A stretch of 64,000 nucleotides of DNA from Octopus vulgaris. Taxonomy: Eukaryota. Positions 56,101-64,000 of this stretch are shown one piece after another. The notes below the pieces were generated by a model, which was given only the letters and a program-made list of their open reading frames with translations, made no database searches and was not told where the DNA came from. Numbering within the stretch: the stretch's first letter is position 1; each line of letters opens with the position of its first letter. The stretch is taken from assembly GCA_951406725.2 (NCBI GenBank), contig OX597828.1:69998001-70062000 (forward strand). Direction: 5' to 3'. The position numbers and the translations under genes are program-made.

Positions 56101-57334
56101 AAAGGAGGGTGATTGTCCCATGTCATGGTTTGAGTCTGGGTCCCTAAATTTGCCATTTTGCTAAAACCGTGCCCTTCCCTTACTTGTCCAGCTGACTTCT
56201 CATTTTACACTGAGCATTTCTTTATGTGTAGGTGGCCCAAGGGTGTGGCCGTTCCTTAGCCTGTGGGTGGTGGTGAGAAATATGTGCTTTGGTGTCTTTT
56301 GTTAGTTGATGATGGGCTGGGGGTGTGGGAAGGACGACGCGATGTATAAAGTGGACTTTATAGGGTCTTGGTGGTGGTAATGGTGGTGGTAGTAGTGGTG
56401 GTAGTGGTGGTAATGGTGGTGGTGGTAGTGGTGGTAATGGTGGTGGTGGTAATGGTGGTGGTGGTGGTAGTAGTGGTGGTAGTGGTGGGTGGTGGTGGTG
56501 GTAGTAGTGGTGGTAGTGGTGGTAATGGTGGTGGTGGTAGTAGTGGTGGTGATGGATGTGGTGGTGGTAGTGGTGGTGGTAGTGGTGGTGGTAATGGTGG
56601 TGGTGATGGTAATGGTGGTAGTAGTGGTTGTAATGGTGGTGGTGGTAGTGGTGGTGTAGTGGTTGTAATGGTGGTGGTGGTGATGGTGGTGTCGTTGCTT
56701 GCTCCTGTTGTTGGTGCTGGTCGTGATGTTGATGATGTTTGTATGTAGTTGTTGGAATGTGAGTGTGTGTGTGTGTGTGTGTGTGCGTACATGTGTGTGT
56801 TGTGGCAGTGTCACAGATGATAGCATGATTGTTGTTGTTGTTGTTGTTGTGGCTGTTACTGATGTTGTTATAAATAAGAATGTGTTCAATTTGACAAGTG
56901 TTTCTCGTTAGGAACTTCTCCACTCTCCGCCGCCGCCTTATCTCTCTTTCTCTCTCCCTCTCTCCCTCTCTTCCTCTCTTCCTCCTATTCTACAAATCCA
57001 CCGCCGCCGCCACCTCCACCATCATCTGACATTCTAAAATAATGAAGACCCCCACCACCACCACCACCACAACCAATACTGCCGACTCCGCCGCCATATT
57101 GATATCTTAACATTTCTAAATATCTGGGGATTTAGAAGTTATTAAAAACATTGAACAGAATAAATAGGGCGAGACTGGCGGTGGCGGCGGCGGTGGTGGT
57201 GAGGTTTGCGTTATTTGTGGTGACTCTACATACGCGTGCGCGCACTGCCACCACCGTCGCCACAGCCACCATCACCAGTACAAACAACATCATAGACACG
57301 CATCACACACGTACACGCACACACATACTCTTTT

Positions 57335-57510
57335 CTACTCTAGGCGCAAGGCCCGAAATATTTTTTGGCGGGGAAGGGGGTTCAGGCGATTAGATCGACC
57401 CCAGTACGCAACTGGTACTTAATTTATCGCCCCCCCCCCACCCGCCCCGAAAAGATAAAAGGCAAAGTTGACCTCGGCGGAATTTGAAACGTTTCTGCCA
57501 GCTCGCCGCT
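57335..57510 (-). mobile_element. SINE family A, internally deleted
   Basis: gatcgaccccagtacgcaactggtac...ggcggaatttgaaacgtttctgccagctcgccgc. Confidence 0.85.
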
Positions 57511-57724
57511 TTACACACGCACACATACTGTCACCACCACCACCACCACCACCACACTACAGATGCACTCAACAAGTGGAACCACGGAAAGGTAACCTCT
57601 ACGTGGTCACCCGATCTGCAAGCTATAGCAAGCAAATCGCCCTCAAATCATATCTACTGTCTTTGATAATAATTATTATTTGATGATAATTCGGTGCCAC
57701 TTTAGTATCCGGAGAAGCTGACAT

Positions 57725-58068
57725 TAGGGGTTCTCAACCCTTTTTTTTTTATCTATGGTCCCCTATTATTCTGTCCCCCCCCCCACGCTGGCCATTGGAT
57801 GCTTAAAAACTAGTTTTCTAGAAACTTCTTTCAAAATTCCTATATTGCTTTTCACGTGTTGACTTGTGTAGTTCGAACTCTGTAAAATGTTAGAGAAAGA
57901 AACCAGTTCCCTGCAATACATAACCAATGCATACATCTAAAACAAAACCTTTTCAGGGGTCTTTAAAAAGACTATTGTGGCTCCTCAATTTACTCGTTTG
58001 TTGCGTGGATCCCGAGAAATCTTATAAGGACCCCAAAGTTCCTTATGGACCCCGGTTGAGAACCAATA
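57725..58068. mobile_element. hAT (Charlie-like) MITE
   Basis: TIRs taggggttctcaacc / ggttgagaaccaata. Confidence 0.7.
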
Positions 58069-58072
58069 CATG

Positions 58073-58495
58073 CAGTGCTGGATTAACCATTAAGCAAAAT
58101 AAACATGTACTTAAGGCGCCGAGAGAAGAAGGTGGGTGGGGGGACTTCAGAAATGGTAAATGATTTACAGCACAAAAGAAATCACTTTAAACTTGTTGAA
58201 ATAATATTCAAAGTAATTTATATGATCGGAAATATAATATTCAAAGTGTTCATAGTGCCGTGGTGAGTATCTGGTCAAAGACTTTGCAATTCCAAAAAAT
58301 AGGAGGAAACTTTTCAGATATAAATAAAGTGGAAGGAGACAACAATAGACATTATTTTCCCTCTGTTTTGTTTCGTTTTGAAAAATAAGAATTTATTTTA
58401 TGGTTAATTATTGTGTATACTTTGAATTACATATACATGGGGGTACCAAAATATTTTAAGTGCTTACGGCCTCTATGGATCTTAATCCAGCCCTG
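58073..58495. mobile_element. hAT MITE with 8-bp TSD
   Basis: TIRs cagtgctggattaa / ttaatccagccctg; TSD aatacatg (58065-58072) / attacatg (58496-58503). Confidence 0.85.
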
Positions 58496-58654
58496 ATTAC
58501 ATGTTAGCGTGTCCTGTAACCTTAACCTTTACGCGAACCCTAAACCCTAAACTCAACCCTAACCTTAATCCTAATCCAGATCAGGTTATTTCACAGCATA
58601 ATCTACGGATACTGCGGTAAAGAGCAGATTAAAGTAACGCCAATAATTCATACT

Positions 58655-58855
58655 GCTATAGGCACGAAGTGCGAAATCTTGGTGAGAAGGGCCAGTCGGT
58701 TATATCGGCCCTTGCGCGTGATGGGTACATATTTTAACAACCCCGAAAGGATGAAAGGGAAAGTCGACTTCGACGGAATTTGAACTCAGAACGTAAAGCC
58801 AGAAGAAATGGCGCTAAGCATTTTGTCCGATGCGGTAACGATTCTGCCAGCTCTC
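58655..58855 (-). mobile_element. SINE family A
   Basis: ccccgaaaggatgaaagg...gaactcagaacgt...ttctgccagctc. Confidence 0.85.
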
Positions 58856-58863
58856 GAATTGTT

Positions 58864-59865
58864 GCAGTCATTAGACTGTGGCCATGCTGGGGTACCGCCT
58901 TGAAGAATTTGTGATCGAACGAATCGACCCCCACTAATTATTTTCAAATATATTTTTTAAACCCAAACACTTATTCTATCCGTCGCTTTTGTCGAACCGC
59001 TCATTACTGGAATGCAAACACACCAACACCGGCTGTCAAACGGTGCTGGGAGATAAACACAGGTACAAAGACACACACACACACACACGCACACACACAC
59101 ACACACACACACATACATACGCTGGGTTTCTTTCAGTTTCCGTCTACCAAATCCTCTCACAAGGCTATAGTAGAAAACGCCCAAGGTGCCACGCAGTGGG
59201 ACTGAACCCAGAACCATGTAGTTGGGAGCAAACTTTTTATGACACAGCCACACCTTCGCCTGTCCTAGGTCCTATGTACATTTAAAACATATAGTAAGGT
59301 CACGGTTGGACTGGCCTGGAGCTAAACTAATATTTCATTTTAATTAATGAACTGGAGGAAAATAAAGCCCCTTGTTAGGCGCACCCGCTGGAGGCAGGCG
59401 CGAACCCACGACCAGTAAGCATAAAAGACCAACAACATTTTATCCGAGCTTTGACACTTTCATTGCTACGGTTGCATGGTTAAGAAGCTAGCTTTGCAAC
59501 CAGATGGTTCCAGGTTCAATTCCACTGCTTGGTACCTTGGGCGATGTCTTCTACAATAGCCATGAACCAACCAAAGCTTTAGTAGATGGAAATGTGTGTG
59601 TGTGTGTGTGTGTGTGTGAATGTTTGTGCGTATGTGTGTGTGTGTGTGTGAAGCGTCCGCGCACGCGCGTCTTTGTGTCTGTTTGTTCCCCTCCCACCGC
59701 TTGACAACCGGTGCTGGTTTGTTTACGCAACTTAGCGGTTCGGCTAAATGGATGAATAGAATAAGAACTAGAAAGGAAGAAAATACGTCCTGGTGTTGCT
59801 TTGCTCGACAAAATCCCTTTCAAGGCAGTACCCCAGCATGGCCGCAACCCAATGTCTGAAACATG
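58864..59865. mobile_element. Head-to-head pair of family B SINEs (- 58864-59262; + 59470-59865)
   Basis: Both copies are near full length and in opposite orientation. Confidence 0.85.
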
Positions 59866-60226
59866 AATGAAGATCAATGGCCACCACCATTCTTCATTCG
59901 TCCCCTCACCCCACCCCAACCTAACACCTTTTTTTCTTCCTTATTCGATCAGGACTCACCATTCCGCCCGTTACGATCCTGTCTTTTATTTTCCCGGTAA
60001 GGGAGTCGAGAACCATAAAAAACAAAACGATAGGATGTAATTTGAGGGCCATTTTGGCTGCTGTATTTAGTAAGGCGCATGATTCCGTACAGTCTCTCTC
60101 AACAGCCTAGGTCCCATGGAAACCGAGGAACGCTTGTAACCGAGTGAAATTTGTTGAAGCTGACCCCAGGACTATTTCAATAGCTGAAAGAGAAAAGGGG
60201 AAAGAAAACAGTAAGGGACCATCACT

Positions 60227-60268
<42 letters not shown>

Positions 60269-60352
60269 GTCGTCGTCGTCCGCACCTCCACTACCACCAC
60301 CACCACATCCACCATCATCACAACCACCACCACCACCACGACCACCACCACT

Positions 60353-60390
<38 letters not shown>

Positions 60391-60741
60391 AACCGTTGTC
60401 GTTGTTGTCACAAGCCAAAAGAAAAGCGTGTATGTGGATCACTTGATTTGCTAGAAATATCAGCAAACCAGAAAAAAAAAGACTTCCTCAAATGAAATTC
60501 TTCTGCTTTTTGAATGGAAGGATACATTGGTGAGTGTAGTCCTTGGTATACTATGCCTGAATGAAAACAAATGAAACGCAAGCATGGCTGGAACACCTTT
60601 GATCGAAGTCTGCTGTAATGAAAGAAGGTTGTTACACTTGTTTACCTACATCACCGCCTATCCACGTGACCACCACACCTCACTCTAATTAAGGTGACAC
60701 TTTGTCTTCTCCAGAGGACATCTCTAAGGAATTGTGCAGAG

Positions 60742-60788
<47 letters not shown>

Positions 60789-61215
60789 AGAGAGAAGGAG
60801 GGAGAGGGAAGGAGAGAAAGAGAGATACAACGGCAGTTGTTACAGTTACCATGGAGATATTTATCCCTCCTCTCTTTCTTTCTCTCTCTCTCTCTATCCA
60901 TCTATCTAATCCGTTTGTCTACCTATCTATATCTTTCCATCATTCTCTTTCTTTTTTTCTTTCTTTCTTTTTTTCTTTCTTTCATTCTTTCTTTCTCTCT
61001 CTCTCTCTCCAATTATGTCCCTGGCCAGCTCTCCCTTCCTTCTTTCTCCCCTTTCCTCTCTCTCCCCCTCTCTCTCTGTCAATCTCCCTCCCCCATACAC
61101 ACACACACACACTTGCACATCTGGAGGTGAAGAGAAGGTTATCATTCTTATCCATCTAATCTCACTTCCACATCGATATCAATGTTTTTTCTAATAAACT
61201 CAAACACCTACATAT

Positions 61216-61260
<45 letters not shown>

Positions 61261-62310
61261 CAACCGAATCTACACATACGCATACACACAAACACATACA
61301 TTAAAACAAGCGTTTGTAAATGTATGTGTGTGTAATATAGATATATATATGTGTGTGTGTGTGTGCGTGTGTGTCTGTGTGTGTGTGTGTGTGTGTACTA
61401 ATTTTCGTTGCAAAAGCGAAATGAAAGGGATTCGTATATATGTGTGTGTGGGTGTGGGGTGTGCGCGCGCGCGTATGTATGTGTATAAATCCATACATGC
61501 ATACACATACGCCTATATATCCACACATACATACATATATATCCCCCACACACACTTACATACATACATACACACATATACATACATATATACATACATA
61601 CATGCATATATACACATGTATGCATACATACACACATACATGTATACATACATATATACATACATACATACATTTATATATATATACCTACATATATATA
61701 TATACATACACACCCATACATACACATATACTGACATATACACGCACTTAAACTTGTTCCTTAGATTTCATGGAACTCCATTTGACAAGCATAAACATCC
61801 ACGACTGTAAATGGATCAGAGAATAGCCTCTTTGTTACCCTGGATAGTACGCTAATCTGATGAAAATTAACTTCACCGCATAAGCCATACTCATCCAATC
61901 TCACCCTCTCACCCATCTTCTCCCCTCTCTTTCTCTCTCTCTCTCAATCCAGACTAATGGATAGACTGGGGGTAGGTGGAATAAAGTGACTGGGCCCTGG
62001 GGCACAGTGGTATGTCTCTAGTGGGATTTGAAGCCACATCACATCAAGTCTTGTAGCTTCTGGGCTCACTCATAGACACAACAAACACATGTGGATGAAC
62101 ACAAATACACATAGAAAGACAGACAGACACACACACACATACACACACACACATACACACACACACACACATACATACACACATACACACACAAGGGATT
62201 TTGATCAACACGAAATGAAATTAGAAGGATAGATATAGAGAGAGGGGGAGAGAAAGAGACAGACAGATAGACAGACAGACAGATAGATAGATAGATAGAT
62301 AGATAGATAC

Positions 62311-62411
<101 letters not shown>

Positions 62412-62412
62412 C

Positions 62413-62463
<51 letters not shown>

Positions 62464-62540
62464 GAACGAGAAAGATAACATGCACAAATATGTATGTATA
62501 TATATGTATATATATATATACATATTATATTATATATGTG

Positions 62541-62697
62541 TGTGGTTGTGTGGTAAGCAGCTTGCTTACCACCCACATAATTCCGGGTTCAGTCTCACTG
62601 CGTGTCATCATGTGCAAGTGTTTTCTACTATAGCCAAAGCCTTGTGAGTAGATTTGGTAGACGGAAACTGAAAGAAGTCCGTCGTATATATATGTTA

Positions 62698-62756
<59 letters not shown>

Positions 62757-62980
62757 GTATGAGTGCTTGTGTGTCTGTATTTGACCCCCCCCACTTTCGC
62801 TTGACAACCGATGCTGGTGTGTTTACGTCCCCGTAACCTAGCGGTTTGGCAAAAGATGCCGATAGAATAAGTACTAGGCTTACAAAGAATAAGTCCCGGT
62901 GTCGATTTGCACGACCAAAGGCGGTGCTCCAGCGTGGCCGCAGCCAAATGACTGAGACAATTAAAAGAATAAAAGAATAT
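62541..62980 (+). mobile_element. SINE family B, near full length
   Basis: tgtggtaagcagcttgc...ccgggttcagtctcactgcg...ctccagcgtggccgcag...aaaagaataaaag. Confidence 0.9.
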
Positions 62981-63045
62981 ATAAAATATATATATACATA
63001 TATATTTATACATATGTATATATATATATACACATATATACACAT

Positions 63046-63291
<246 letters not shown>

Positions 63292-63348
63292 GATCGGTCA
63301 GACAGACTGGCAGAGACAAACTGACTGACAGACAGACAGATACAGTGA

Positions 63349-63394
<46 letters not shown>

Positions 63395-63479
63395 CTGTGT
63401 GTGTGTGTGTGTGTGTGCGTTATGTAGGTAGTGAGTGTGTGAGAGGCTCTGTTACATAAATAAAGTCACAAGTGAAATC

Positions 63480-63745
63480 CAGGTTTTTTTCCCATCTCTT
63501 CAAACTTCTCCATATGGCTGACGTGGCGAGCGCATTACGACTTGAAAAAACGATCACCTTCGCCGATCTATGGCACCGATTAAGCATCTTCTACCCTTCT
63601 TCTTACCGTTCCCTCACCTCTCGGTTACCAATTCTTCGATTCCACGCTCTGCTTTGTATCATATTGTCCTTTCTAAAGGGTTCCAGGAACTGGACAATTA
63701 GCGTCGCACGTTCGTTCCTCATCTCTTTCAGGAGTGTTTCAAAAT
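63480..63745 (-). pseudogene. Possible RTE-like LINE fragment
   Basis: AWNRRIGNREVRER resembles the RTE W..RI.NEEVR.R motif; little other support. Confidence 0.3.
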
Positions 63746-63818
63746 ATTAGACATGTCTGCGCGTGTATGTATGTATGTATGTATGTATGTATGTATGTAT
63801 GTATGTATATATATATAT

Positions 63819-64000
63819 AGGTGCAGCCGTGGGCGTGTGGCAAAATGTTTGCTTCTTACTACGCGGTTCCGGGTTCAGTTCCGCTGCGTGGTTCCTTGTG
63901 TCTTCTGTTATAGCCCCGGGCCGACAAACCCGTCGTACAAAAGTGTGTGTGTGCGTATTTACCCCCCTCCACTGCGTGACAAAACCGGTATTGATATGTT
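63819..64000 (+). mobile_element. SINE family B, runs off the window
   Basis: ggtgcagccgtgggcgtgtgg...ccgggttcagttccgctgcgtgg...tatagccccgggccgac. Confidence 0.85.

Overview
Eukaryotic, AT-rich, microsatellite-saturated, essentially non-coding DNA. The SINE families resemble those of Octopus/cephalopods; this is inferred from remembered consensus features, not from a search. I found no convincing host protein-coding exon, and almost every supplied ORF is a translation of (TA)n, (CA)n, (TACA)n, (GA)n, (AAT)n or (CAC)n. The explicable content is about 30 copies of two tRNA-derived SINE families, decayed LINEs (CR1-group, RTE, and two CRE-clade restriction-like-endonuclease fragments), hAT and mariner MITEs, and several minisatellites. 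Most notable: (1) at least three unrelated short elements next to (TA)n tracts carry minimal type I hammerhead-ribozyme folds, typical of Penelope-like terminal repeats. One has a canonical core, one is a 4-copy family with an A6U core, and one has a G3-C8 swapped core inside an ~85-bp inverted repeat. (2) A 1.4-kb array of 32 units, 30 with a perfect TGACGTCA (cAMP-response element), plus two separate paired-CRE clusters. (3) Young SINEs joined repeatedly at the same internal position of another SINE. (4) A well-spaced minus-strand TATA/Inr promoter near 51.07 kb. All assignments were made by eye and need computational and experimental confirmation.
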